Shown: positions 17,374 through 28,792 of the stretch, piece after piece
How the letters are laid out: each line of letters begins with the position of its first letter
Numbering within the stretch: the first letter of the stretch is position 1
Source: Candidatus Woesearchaeota archaeon
GTDB taxonomy: Archaea > Nanobdellota > Nanobdellia > Woesearchaeales > GW2011-AR4
Direction of reading: 5' to 3'
Assembly: GCA_018303505.1 (NCBI GenBank)
Contig: JAGVYA010000040.1
Coordinates: 6,809 to 70,808, forward strand
Length of the DNA: 64,000 nt
The notes under the pieces: generated by a model
Database searches by the model: none
What the model saw: the letters and a program-made list of their open reading frames with translations, nothing else
What the model was told of the DNA's origin: nothing
Translations under genes and position numbers: made by a program

Positions 17374-18126
17374 GCATACCCCCTACACATTGGAAATACT
17401 TATCGATTTTTAAAGGTATAGGGTTGTAATAGAAAGACCATTTAATAACTTGAATTGATATCATAAGGTAACCTCTTTTCCTATATTTTTATATCTTGAA
17501 GTATTATATTTAAATATATTTCGTTTATTAGTGCTTTTTATCAAATCTCTGGTAAGTCAAATATAAACTCAATTTTTGCATTTGTGAACTACAAACAGTC
17601 ATCTTAAAAGGCTTAAATTCTGCCTTGTCAAAAATCATAGATTTTTGAGCATGTTCAAATTCTGCTGAATTGGTAAGTCTTGTGTAATTACTGCCCTTTA
17701 AAATGGCAGAATTTGCCCATTTTAACCCTTAAAAAGCCATTCTAGGAACGAAAGGTTTATATAGTTAGGCTCTCTAAAAATCATGGGTTTAAATACTATT
17801 TTATCGACTATAAATTTGGGGTTTTAATAATTTTCATATAAACCGAAATTAGACATAAAACTAGATGGATTATGTTGATTAAATAAATTAATGAGTTAAA
17901 ATAAAAAATAAATTAAATTTGCATTAAACAAATTAAAAATTATAAAAAAATAAACGAGAGCGACCTTTAGATTAACAAGTGAATAAGGTGACCCGCTTTT
18001 AATTTTTTTATTGAATACATAGGCGAGGCGTAAATTAATGGCAGACAATTTACGCCGAGCATTAAAATTTGTTGCCGAAGGCAACGGATTGAAGATAAAA
18101 GTAAATTAAATCAAATTAAAAGATAA

Positions 18127-20082
<1,956 letters not shown>

Positions 20083-20120
20083 GGATTTTAGTTATATTTT
20101 TAAAATTAATTTTTCAATCC

Positions 20121-20143
20121 GAAAATTTGCGAAGCAAATTTTC
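20121..20143. terminator. Perfect 10-bp inverted repeat GAAAATTTGC-GAA-GCAAATTTTC, 40 nt after the gyrB stop
   Basis: Palindrome read directly. It could be a terminator hairpin or a protein-binding site. Confidence 0.35.
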
Positions 20144-20345
20144 AATAGATTGTGCTCAGCCTCGCTGTCCGCCACACGCTCGGCTTCGCCGATTTATTCA
20201 TCACAACAATCGCAACGGTTTACTTTCCTCTCCTTGTGAATCTAAAAGTCGTTCTAGTTTTTTATTGAATTTATTTTGTCATAATGAGTTTTTGTTTTAA
20301 TGTATAATTTTTATTGTAGTTATTGATTTTAATTACTCAAAACAT

Positions 20346-20360
20346 AAACCTTTATAAACC
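20346..20360 (+). promoter_or_regulatory. BRE/TATA promoter AAACCTTTATAAACC upstream of rpS3Ae
   Basis: The same motif sits at the same spacing upstream of purM. The archaeal TATA box TTTATAAA lies about 28 nt before the ATG. Confidence 0.5.
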
Positions 20361-20387
20361 ATAATAATTTCCAAAATCTTAATCAAA

Positions 20388-20987
20388 ATGCCAGAACAAG
20401 TTGTAAAATTAAAGAAAAAGCAATGGTATCCTATATTGGCGCCAAAGCAGTTTGACAATGTAGTTATAGGGGAAACTTTAGTGTACGAGCCTAATCAAAT
20501 GCTGGGCAAAACACTAAGCCACAGCTTGATGAACCTGATAAATGACACGAAAAGGCAAAACATCAATATTCATTTTAAAGTTGTTGAGGTTGAGGGCAAT
20601 AATGCGAAAACAAGCATTATTGGCTACCAGATAATCCCCTCTTCTATCAAGAGATTTGTCAGGAGAAACAGCGAGAAGATGGACATGGCATTCACCTGCG
20701 AAACTAGCGATAATGTTTTCTTGAGAGTCAAGCCATTGGTTATCACAAGAGGGGATGTAAAAGGCTCAATTGCCGCAAAACTTAGAAACAATATCGTAAG
20801 CTTTCTTGTTAAAACAATTAAAAAGATGACGTACGATGAGATTATTAATGACTTAATCTCCCGCAAGATGCAGGACATCATGAGGGCAAACTTCAATAAG
20901 ATATATCCATTGAAAGTGTGTGAAATAAGGTATTTGGGCGTTGAAGCAAGAGAAAAACAAGAGGTTAAAGCTGAAGTTAAAGAGTAG
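20388..20987 (+). CDS. rps3ae: Ribosomal protein S3Ae (eS1)
   Basis: The N-terminus KKKQWYPILAPKQF... and a length of 199 aa are characteristic of archaeal S3Ae. Confidence 0.85.
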   Translation: MPEQVVKLKKKQWYPILAPKQFDNVVIGETLVYEPNQMLGKTLSHSLMNLINDTKRQNINIHFKVVEVEGNNAKTSIIGYQIIPSSIKRFVRRNSEKMDMAFTCETSDNVFLRVKPLVITRGDVKGSIAAKLRNNIVSFLVKTIKKMTYDEIINDLISRKMQDIMRANFNKIYPLKVCEIRYLGVEAREKQEVKAEVKE

Positions 20988-21038
20988 AAATAATTTCAGC
21001 TGCAAATTGTTACTATTTTATTCTATATGCAACTAATT

Positions 21039-22007
21039 TTAGCTTTCTGTATTTTGACTTACGACTGGACGCAATATCTCAACAAATTTGTCTCTTAAGC
21101 CTTTTCTAGCAACAATAATAGTTAATGGCTCATTTCTACCTGTGTATTTTTCCAATTGATTTCCATAAATGTCAGATATTTCCAACCCACAACCCAAAGC
21201 AATTGGTATGACGCTTGCAATATCATATGGATACAACATCGCTCCGCTGTCTGGCCAAAGAGCTCTTGGATCAATGTAAGCATCAAACTGATTTCTTAAG
21301 ATATTTAGAATATCAATTGTTGTTGCTCGAGAACCATCGTATACTCTAAAATCTTTTTTAGTTTTATCAGCTTCTAAAATAGCTTGTTCTATTTCGCCCT
21401 TCTTTATTCGCTCTCTGTTTGAATAGCCTACAACCATTATCCTTGTGCTAGTGTCACCACGCTTTTCTTCAAAATCTTTTGGATTAAGCAAAGTTCTATC
21501 ACAAAATGCCATATAACCATCATCAACACGTACACCAGAAAATATATTTCTATTATGCATATCGTAAACTGCACCAATTGTTATCGAGTCCATTCCCTCA
21601 TCCTCACATAGTGCTATAGCCACAGTTCCAACTGGTGAATAGCCAAGTACAGAAGCTTTACTTCTTTTTGTATTGGTTGTTCCGTCTATTTCATCAATTC
21701 TTAAAACCCTTCTTTTATTTTCAAGGCTTTCTTGCGGTTTTTCTGATTCTATGTCTTGTAGTTCATGCAACTCAAAAAGGTATTTTCCTTTAAATCTATT
21801 TTTCTCTGAAAATCTGCTAAAATGCTCCTCTAAAGAACCCATAGTACATTCGTACGCTAATCTATCAATACTAGATTCCTCATGCCCTCTTATATGACCT
21901 ATGTCGTGCACTGGACCTTTGTATTCTAAGATTTTTTCTGCAACATCTCTAACAACCTCTTCTAATGCAAACATGTATTCCATTCTTAAATTTAGTGGGT
22001 GAACCAT
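21039..22007 (-). CDS. Inositol monophosphatase/FBPase (FIG) superfamily phosphatase
   Basis: IDEIDGTTN (DPIDGT-like) and WPDSGAM...DIAS motifs. This is a second IMPase-family gene in the window, and it is GC-richer than its surroundings. Confidence 0.55.
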   Translation of the reverse strand: MVHPLNLRMEYMFALEEVVRDVAEKILEYKGPVHDIGHIRGHEESSIDRLAYECTMGSLEEHFSRFSEKNRFKGKYLFELHELQDIESEKPQESLENKRRVLRIDEIDGTTNTKRSKASVLGYSPVGTVAIALCEDEGMDSITIGAVYDMHNRNIFSGVRVDDGYMAFCDRTLLNPKDFEEKRGDTSTRIMVVGYSNRERIKKGEIEQAILEADKTKKDFRVYDGSRATTIDILNILRNQFDAYIDPRALWPDSGAMLYPYDIASVIPIALGCGLEISDIYGNQLEKYTGRNEPLTIIVARKGLRDKFVEILRPVVSQNTES

Positions 22008-22526
22008 TTTGTCACTTAATTAGTCTATAATGAATTATTACATTGACTCTCTATGGACTATATTTTTATAAATATTTGTAAACTTTATAAATCTTTTTTT
22101 ATTACGGGACTGTTACGTTAATCATGTCTGAGAAAAAAGTGCCGTCTAGGTGGCTTCTTATACCATTTCCCAAATTCTTTTGATGCGGCTTTTGTTCAAA
22201 GATTTAATCTTGGAGGCAGACATGTCCTCTTTAAATTTGCTTTCTCGAGCAGAGGAGATGCTTCAAAGAGCTTCTTTGCCTAAACGCCACTTCGCCAGAC
22301 ATTTCTGGAATAACTATAATAGGGCATACTTGCTTAAATACTTTACGAAAAAGTTAAGGTAACAGTGCCTTTTATTACTATTTAAAAGTCAACATTTTTG
22401 TTACCATTGTTTGGCTCATAACTTTACATAACAATTCCCTGACTTACTATATTTTATTCAGCATCATACTAAAAACTTATAAAATACGCTATTTTTCTTT
22501 TTATTATAGCCCCGCTAAGACGCTTT

Positions 22527-22634
22527 AGCCCCGTAGAGAGTCATGCTCGCGGAATCTAGCGGTCAAGGATAGGGCCCTCTGGAGTAATATTACGTAGAGA
22601 GGCTCTGACGGCAGTTCGAATCTGCCCGGGGCTA
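22527..22634 (+). tRNA. tRNA with two introns, tentatively Gln(CUG); the 5' end could alternatively lie at 22508
   Basis: The 3' half is unambiguous: T-arm GGCAG-TTCGAAT-CTGCC, acceptor 3' strand CGGGGCT pairing with AGCCCCG, discriminator A. Proposed mature parts are D-arm ATCT-AGCGGTCAA-GGAT and anticodon arm GGGCC-CTCTGG|A-GGCTC, with a 17-nt intron at the canonical 37/38 position. A second intron of about 18 nt sits between the acceptor strand and the D-arm. The AGCCCCG acceptor strand is duplicated 19 nt upstream. Confidence 0.5.
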
Positions 22635-22712
22635 TCTTTTTTTAAATATAAGAAAAAACTAATAATTCAATCAAAAATAAAAACCCAATAAAATAAAAAT
22701 CAAAAAATAAAA

Positions 22713-23379
22713 TGAAAAAAATAATAGCCCAAGGTGCAGAAGCAAAATTATTCTTGGAAGATAATAAAATTATCAAAAATAGATTTTTAAAATCATACAG
22801 GATTAAGGAAATTGATGAAAGATTGAGGGGCTTCAGAACAAGGAGAGAAGCGCGAAGATACTGCAAAAATTAGAAGGAATAAATTTTCCAGCTCCAAAAT
22901 TAATCAATAACGATGAAAAAGAAAACTTACTGATTGAAAAGATTGATGGAAAATTAATTAAAGATATTCTTGAAAAAGCCGATTACGGAAAATTATGCGA
23001 AGAAATTGGAAGAAAAATAGCAATTTTGCACAACAACTCAATAATACACGGCGATTTAACAACATCAAATATGATATTAAACAAAGAAACGTCGATAAAT
23101 CGCAAAGCGATTTTCGATCGTGCTCGAAAATCTATGATTTTCGACATTTATTTTATTGACTTTGGGTTGTCGTTTTTTTCTGAAAAAGCTGAGGATAAAG
23201 CTGTTGATTTGCATCTATTAAAAGAAGGGCTTGAATCAAAGCACTACAGAATATGGGAAAAATGTTTTAAGTACGCTCTTGAGGCTTACAAAAAAGAAGC
23301 AAACAAAAGCAGTGAAACATTAAAACGGCTTGAAATTGTTGAAAAAAGGGGGAGATATCGTGCAAGGAAGGGAAGTTAA
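22713..23379 (+). pseudogene. bud32: KEOPS kinase Bud32 (Kae1-associated Ser/Thr kinase) with a 1-nt deletion frameshift near 22855
   Basis: The N-terminal part (MKKIIAQGAEAKLFLED...RTRREAR) is followed by a stop. The -1 frame continues KILQKLEGINFPAPKL...HGDLTTSNMIL...IDFGLS, with the catalytic loop and DFG motif. It may be an intact gene with a sequencing error. Confidence 0.65.
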
Positions 23380-23970
23380 GGCAATTCTGTTTGATATGGA
23401 CGGCGTATTGGTTGATTCTATCGATGCCTGGCGTCATGTATTTAATGATACACTAAAACATTTTGGATTTAAAAAAATTGCGAAAAAAGATTTTATCAAA
23501 GATTTTGGGCGCCGATAGAGCATGATGTTAAAAAGCATTTCAAGGGAAGAACAATAAAAGAGGTTGAAAAAATATACAATTTAAATTTTAAGAAAAGAAA
23601 AAATCATGTAAAATTATTCCCTCAATCAATTTCTGCTTTAAAACAGCTAAAGAAGTACCCAATAAAAATTGGTTTAATAACAAATTCTACACTATTTATT
23701 ACTTCTACAATATTAACTCATTTTAGAATTAAAATATATTTCAAAGTCATAGTCACAATGGATGATGTCAAAAGAAGAAAGCCGGCTCCAGATATGATAC
23801 TGAAGGCTTGTAAAATCCTGAAAGTAAAACCCAAGAATACAATTTTGGTAGGCGACACTAAAAACGATATGATTGCTGGGAAAAGGGCTGGCTGTATTAC
23901 TGTTGGGTATAAGATGATGGGAGATTATAGGATAGATAAACTTTATTCTATAACAAGGTTTTTAAAATAG
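23366..23970 (+). pseudogene. HAD-superfamily phosphatase (HAD-IA type) with a 1-nt deletion frameshift near 23510
   Basis: Motif I LFDMDGVLVDS sits in one frame. Motif II GLITNS and motifs III/IV KRRKPAPD...VGDTKNDMIAGKRAG sit in the -1 frame. A missing C in GGGCGCCG would fuse them. Confidence 0.6.
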
Positions 23971-24238
23971 TCCACTTTTAGTAGTTACAAAATCAAAAGT
24001 TTTAAATATAAGTATGCTTTCCTACTAATTATGAAACGAGTTGATTGTCTTCATATTAAGTAAAATTAGTTCTGATTTAAATAGTTTCAACTCTAAAAAT
24101 TCGATTATTTTAAGATTTGCAGATAGCTGTATAACTATACATCATAATTGCTAAATTCTTTCATTGTTTAATTTAAAGTCTATCATTTGTTTTTACTTTT
24201 ATTAGCAAAATATCAAAATAATATAAAAAATCAAAATG

Positions 24239-24310
24239 GCAGCAGTAGTTTAGTGGTAGAATATACGACTGTGGCTCGTATGGCGCGAGTTCAATTCTCG
24301 CCTGCTACCC
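24239..24310 (+). tRNA. tRNA-His(GUG)
   Basis: G(-1) plus acceptor GCAGCAG/CTGCTAC with one C-A mismatch at 2:71. D-loop AGTGGTA, anticodon arm TACGA-CTGTGGC-TCGTA, T-arm GCGAG-TTCAATT-CTCGC, discriminator C pairing with G-1. No intron. Confidence 0.75.
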
Positions 24311-24336
24311 TATATAAATTTAGGGAGGAATTGAAA

Positions 24337-24933
24337 ATGTTAACTGAGAGAAGATTGCAAATTGGAGTGATGGGTTCAGCACAAGACCTTAACTACAGCA
24401 GAAATTTAGAGGAACTAGCAGAAGAAGTTGGTAGTTGGATAGCTAGAGGAGGTGCAATACTTGTATTTGGAGCAGAAAAAGATTATGATAGTTTATCAAC
24501 AGCTGCTTGTAGAGGCGCAAAGAAAGAAAGAGGACTAACAATTGGTTTTACTTATGGCAGAGGCAAAGATATTTACCAAAAAGACGCAGATATAATTGTA
24601 GTGACTGGTATGGAACGAGGAGGGGGCAGAGAGTTTGTGCTAGCAGCAAGCTGTGACTGCATGATAGCTTTAAGCGGCGGCTCTGGCACATTAAACGAAC
24701 TTGTTGTAGCATACCAATTAGGAATTCCCATGGTAGCTTTAAAAGGTACGGGAGGATGGGCAGAAAAACTTGCTGACCAATATTTTGATGCAAGACAAAG
24801 ACTGAAAGTTATTGGTGCAGACACACCAAAAGAAGCTGTTGAAATAGCATTTGAACAAGGTGGGAAATACATAGCTAAATTTAGATATAAAACATATGTT
24901 AGTCCTGAAAGTGGGTTAACATTTTTGAGATGA
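24337..24933 (+). CDS. LOG/TIGR00725-family Rossmann-fold nucleotide-binding protein
   Basis: GVMGSA and SGGSGTLNEL motifs, with a GGAGG Shine-Dalgarno sequence before the ATG at 24337. The longer ORF from 24187 is rejected because it runs through tRNA-His. Confidence 0.55.
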   Translation: MLTERRLQIGVMGSAQDLNYSRNLEELAEEVGSWIARGGAILVFGAEKDYDSLSTAACRGAKKERGLTIGFTYGRGKDIYQKDADIIVVTGMERGGGREFVLAASCDCMIALSGGSGTLNELVVAYQLGIPMVALKGTGGWAEKLADQYFDARQRLKVIGADTPKEAVEIAFEQGGKYIAKFRYKTYVSPESGLTFLR

Positions 24934-25698
24934 TTGAAAATGTACCGTGAAAATATCTATGATGTTATCAAAGCAACAGGGGAAAGAGTAACAACTTTAG
25001 TTATTCCTAAAAACACAGGACTAAAAGGATATGCTTGGCAAGTTTTGAAAGAAGCAGGACTCGATTTAGGTAATGCAAAACAAATAGACAAAGCTACATT
25101 AAAAGTTGGAGATATAGATATAACTCTATTGTTAAGAAGAGGTGAAGATATACCGCAAATTGTGATGGACGAATTTAGATTAGGAAACATAGTGTTAGGT
25201 GTAACCGGCGATGATTTACTGGATGAATATCGTTTAAGGAATCCTGAAAATACCCTTAAAGTTGAGAACACATATGACTGGTATGACGAAAATGCAAGAT
25301 TCAATAGACCTGCGCTTTCTTTTGTTAATAGGAATGGTGATGTAAATGATATACCTATTGAAGCAAGAGTAGCAGTTAATGGAAAATACGAATATAACGG
25401 GAGATTATATCTTTCAAAGAGCCCTTTATTGAAAGGTAGAAAATTTATATTAACAGTTTATAATGGTGATTTAGAAGATAGAGTTGCAAAAGGGGCAAAT
25501 GACTGTTGCATTGATACAGTTTACACAGGAACTACAATTGACACAATTGATGAATATGGATTAAGGATAGTAGAAATTATAAGGTTTAGCGACCTTGTGG
25601 TTATATCAGCTTTAAGAAAAGATAGTTCAAAATTGCTTGAACTTATGGCAAAAGATATCCCAAGAGGACCCGTAATAGAAAGAAATAAATTTAGTTAA
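24934..25698 (+). CDS. hisG: ATP phosphoribosyltransferase (HisG) homologue
   Basis: The N-terminus LVIPKNTGLKGYAWQVLKEAGLDL and the signature region AKGANDCCIDTVYTGTTI match the HisG PROSITE-type motif. No other his biosynthesis genes are nearby. Confidence 0.6.
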   Translation: MKMYRENIYDVIKATGERVTTLVIPKNTGLKGYAWQVLKEAGLDLGNAKQIDKATLKVGDIDITLLLRRGEDIPQIVMDEFRLGNIVLGVTGDDLLDEYRLRNPENTLKVENTYDWYDENARFNRPALSFVNRNGDVNDIPIEARVAVNGKYEYNGRLYLSKSPLLKGRKFILTVYNGDLEDRVAKGANDCCIDTVYTGTTIDTIDEYGLRIVEIIRFSDLVVISALRKDSSKLLELMAKDIPRGPVIERNKFS

Positions 25699-25724
25699 TT
25701 ATTTAAACAAAATACAAGATGTGA

Positions 25725-27005
25725 TTGGTTATGAACCTTCAAATACCAAAAGGAACACGTGATTTTTCACCAGAAGAGAAAATAGTTATGGATAAGATAG
25801 TCAGCACTCTAAAAGAAGTTTTTGAGCTTTATGGGTATGCGCCTTTAGATACTCCAATTCTTGAAAGATTTGACGTTTTGTCATCAAAATATGCAGGAGG
25901 AGCTGAGATATTAAAGGAAACATTCAAGCTGAAAGACCAAGGCAGCAGAGAGCTTGGCTTAAGATATGATTTAACAGTTCCAATGTGCAGGTATATTGCT
26001 ATGAATCCGACAATTAAGATGCCTTTTAAAAGATATCAAATTGGTGAAGTCTTTAGAGACGGCCCTGTTGCTTCTGGAAGGTACAGGCAGTTCACCCAAT
26101 GCGATGTTGATGTTGTCGGCTCTTCCTCCATGTCAGCTGATGCAGAAATAATTGCTTTGATTTACGTTGCATTCTGCAAATTAAATTTTGAAGTCAATAT
26201 CAAAGTGAACAATAGAAAATTGTTAAATGACATTCTGAATTATTGCGGCATTGAAAAAAGCAAGCAGGAAAATGTTATTTTGTCTATTGATAAACTTGAA
26301 AAGTTAGGTATTAATGTTGTAAAAAATGAATTAAAAGAGCAGAAAATAGATATTGGCAAGATAGACAAAATAATCAACATAATAAACATTAAAGGAAACA
26401 ACAGCGAAAAAATATCTCAATTAAAAAAAATTTTAAAAGATTCCAGAGGATTAAATGAGATTGAGCAATTGTTATCCTATTTAAAAAATCTTAATTTTGA
26501 AGCTGATTTTGATGTTTCTCTTGCAAGAGGGCTTGCTTATTACACAGGCGCTGTTATTGAAACATTTTTGAAAAGCAGCAGCGTTAAAAGCGCAGTATGC
26601 GCAGGCGGCAGATATGACAATATGATTGGAGCTTTCTTGGGCAAAGGAAATTATCCAGCTGTGGGAGTCAGCTTTGGAGTTGACAGAATTTATGATGCAG
26701 TTGTTGAAAAGCAAAAGACAAAACGAAAAACTAACGCTAAAGTTTACATAATTCCAATCAAAACCTTGAATGAGGGCATGAAAATAGCGCAGCAGTTAAG
26801 AGATGCTGGAATTAACACAGACATTGATTTGATGGACAGAGGCCCAAGCAAAAATCTTGAGTATGCAAATTCATTAGGCATTCCTTATGTTGTTTTTGTC
26901 GGAAAAAAAGAATTGCAGGAGAATAAAGTAAAGTTAAGAGATATGAAGATTGGGAAAGAAGAAATGTTTGATATCAATGATATTATTAGGAAATTGAAAA
27001 GTTAG
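25725..27005 (+). CDS. hisS: Histidyl-tRNA synthetase
   Basis: Class II aaRS motifs, the N-terminus IPKGTRDF and an anticodon-binding C-terminus. Length is 426 aa. Confidence 0.85.
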   Translation: MVMNLQIPKGTRDFSPEEKIVMDKIVSTLKEVFELYGYAPLDTPILERFDVLSSKYAGGAEILKETFKLKDQGSRELGLRYDLTVPMCRYIAMNPTIKMPFKRYQIGEVFRDGPVASGRYRQFTQCDVDVVGSSSMSADAEIIALIYVAFCKLNFEVNIKVNNRKLLNDILNYCGIEKSKQENVILSIDKLEKLGINVVKNELKEQKIDIGKIDKIINIINIKGNNSEKISQLKKILKDSRGLNEIEQLLSYLKNLNFEADFDVSLARGLAYYTGAVIETFLKSSSVKSAVCAGGRYDNMIGAFLGKGNYPAVGVSFGVDRIYDAVVEKQKTKRKTNAKVYIIPIKTLNEGMKIAQQLRDAGINTDIDLMDRGPSKNLEYANSLGIPYVVFVGKKELQENKVKLRDMKIGKEEMFDINDIIRKLKS

Positions 27006-27395
27006 TTATTTTATAAATTCTACATTTGGCAATTCATGAAAATGCGAGTCACCTGTAAGAAATCTTGCCTTATTTGCTATAGCAACCATATAACCTATGC
27101 AATCTATGTAGGATATTTTAATTTTTTTTGACCTTAAATTCTTTCTGAAAACCATTGATTTGCTGATAACATTAATGTCAAAATCAATTGCATATACGGA
27201 AAATTTTTTTAAATATAAGTCTGCTACTTCAAGATTAAAATTAGTAAGTAGGAAATAATGCAATTCCGCTAGATTGTATTTAGTTGTTATCAATACTTTA
27301 TCCAAGCAAGGTTCGTAATTTTTATTGCCTTTCACTATTTCTATCATTGCGTAAGTGTCCAAGAAAAAGTCCATTCTAGTCGAACCTGCTTTCAA
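27006..27395 (-). CDS. vapC: PIN-domain toxin VapC
   Basis: Motifs FFLDT, YIDCIGY and LTGDSHF. It overlaps the upstream antitoxin gene. Confidence 0.6.
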   Translation of the reverse strand: MKAGSTRMDFFLDTYAMIEIVKGNKNYEPCLDKVLITTKYNLAELHYFLLTNFNLEVADLYLKKFSVYAIDFDINVISKSMVFRKNLRSKKIKISYIDCIGYMVAIANKARFLTGDSHFHELPNVEFIK

Positions 27396-27609
27396 AAGCC
27401 CTGTCTATGTCTTTCATTATTTCGTCTGTTGATTTTTTAATTTTGCCTTTCAAAGTTCCAAAAACCTCACTTGCAGGACTTGATTTTTTGATTACCAATA
27501 TTTCTACTTCTTCATTTGGGTTTATTTTCTCTTTTTCAAGCTCGCTTTTTGATAGCCTAATACCGAATGAATTACCCCATGGTTGCAGTTTCTTTATAGT
27601 TTTTAGCAT
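27376..27609 (-). CDS. vapB: AbrB/SpoVT/MazE-type antitoxin VapB
   Basis: Swapped-hairpin motif LQPWGNSFGIRLSK. Length is 77 aa. Confidence 0.55.
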   Translation of the reverse strand: MLKTIKKLQPWGNSFGIRLSKSELEKEKINPNEEVEILVIKKSSPASEVFGTLKGKIKKSTDEIMKDIDRAFESRFD

Positions 27610-27661
27610 TTTGTATATACCGTATAATTATACTATATATACTTATATTTAAACTTTTCTG

Positions 27662-28552
27662 TCACATCTTCGTCAAAACAATAACCTCTCCTTCATCATC
27701 AATCAAAATAGAATGCTCTGCTTGGGTTACAATGCCTTTATTAACCTCAACTAGAGGAGGAAATTGATGAATCATGCCAAGCTGGGTTAATTCCCTTAAT
27801 GCAAAGTTTGCCTTTGCTCCAAATTTTCTTGTGAGCCATCTTTTTGCAAATGGCAAGCCTTCATAAGTTTCTATCTCTTTCAAAATCTCTCTTGTTATAG
27901 GGCTTCTTGCTGGCTTTTTATGCTCAAGCATGAACACTGTTGCTAAGCCGCTTTCATGAACAACTCCGGAGCCTGTTGTTGCAAAAGGCTCAACTGCAAA
28001 AGCCATCCCTTTTTTCAAAATTGTTTTATCTCCATTGTCAATATTTGGAATTGTTGGATTTGTATGGATATTGTATAAATCTAATCCGTGCCCTGACAAA
28101 TTTCTTACTGGAGTATATCCATAACTTTTGATTGTGTCATTTATGACTTTGCCAATCTCCCTTAACTCAGTTCCTACATTGACAATTTTTAATGATTCTT
28201 CCAATGCTTTTTGCGCAGCCTTGACTAAATCATTGTATTTTCCAGATAAATCAATTGTATAGGCGTTGTCGCCAATTGCACCATCAACATGGACCCCTAA
28301 ATCTAAGCTTATAACTTGCTCCTCAAAAACAGTTTTATCTTCTTCTTCAGCGCAAAAATGAGCAGCAATATCATTGCATGAAATCTGAACAGGAAAAGCT
28401 GGTTTGCCGCCTAGCTCAAAAATTTTCTTCTCAATTAATTCGGTTGTTTCTAAAAGCGAGTTGCCATGTTTAATCAATGATTTTCCATATTCCAGAACTT
28501 CAGCAGAGATTTTTCCTGCTTTGATGTAGTTTCGCTTGGTTTGCGAGTCCAT
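27662..28552 (-). CDS. map: Methionine aminopeptidase, type 2 (archaeal)
   Basis: Pita-bread fold with metal ligands in the regions DLGVHVDG and HGLDLYNIH. Length is 296 aa. Confidence 0.8.
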   Translation of the reverse strand: MDSQTKRNYIKAGKISAEVLEYGKSLIKHGNSLLETTELIEKKIFELGGKPAFPVQISCNDIAAHFCAEEEDKTVFEEQVISLDLGVHVDGAIGDNAYTIDLSGKYNDLVKAAQKALEESLKIVNVGTELREIGKVINDTIKSYGYTPVRNLSGHGLDLYNIHTNPTIPNIDNGDKTILKKGMAFAVEPFATTGSGVVHESGLATVFMLEHKKPARSPITREILKEIETYEGLPFAKRWLTRKFGAKANFALRELTQLGMIHQFPPLVEVNKGIVTQAEHSILIDDEGEVIVLTKM

Positions 28553-28792
28553 AGACAGAGAAAGAGTTTGAAGATTTTATTTAAAGGTTGTGTAAATCGA
28601 CTTAAGAAGAGATTTTAATATTAACAGCCAATGGAACATCTATCTCTTTTAATTTTTCAGTCCTCTTCTTAAAATTTGATCTTCCTTGAACTCATACGCA
28701 GATACTGCATTAAGCTGCAAAGATTGTTGCTTTCCTAATTGCCAATTTTTATTGTAGTTTTCTGTAAATATAACGAATTTTTTGTTTTGGGT

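Larger units (their letters stand above)
15892..17744. mobile_element. Putative inserted island: two AT-rich minus-strand genes bounded by a perfect 15-bp direct repeat TAAAAAGCCATTCTA (15892-15906 and 17730-17744) with extended imperfect flanking similarity
   Basis: The direct repeats were read directly in the sequence. Both genes inside have no recognisable housekeeping function and a lower GC than the flanks. Confidence 0.5.

Noticed and set aside
22150-22362. 70-aa ORF in the IMPase-to-tRNA spacer
   Set aside because: It has no conserved features. A shorter internal start with GGAGG is possible, but the evidence is insufficient to call a gene.
24187-24336. N-terminal 50 codons of the six-frame ORF 24187-24933
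   Set aside because: This part of the ORF runs straight through tRNA-His (24239-24310). The real start is the ATG at 24337, which has a GGAGG Shine-Dalgarno sequence.
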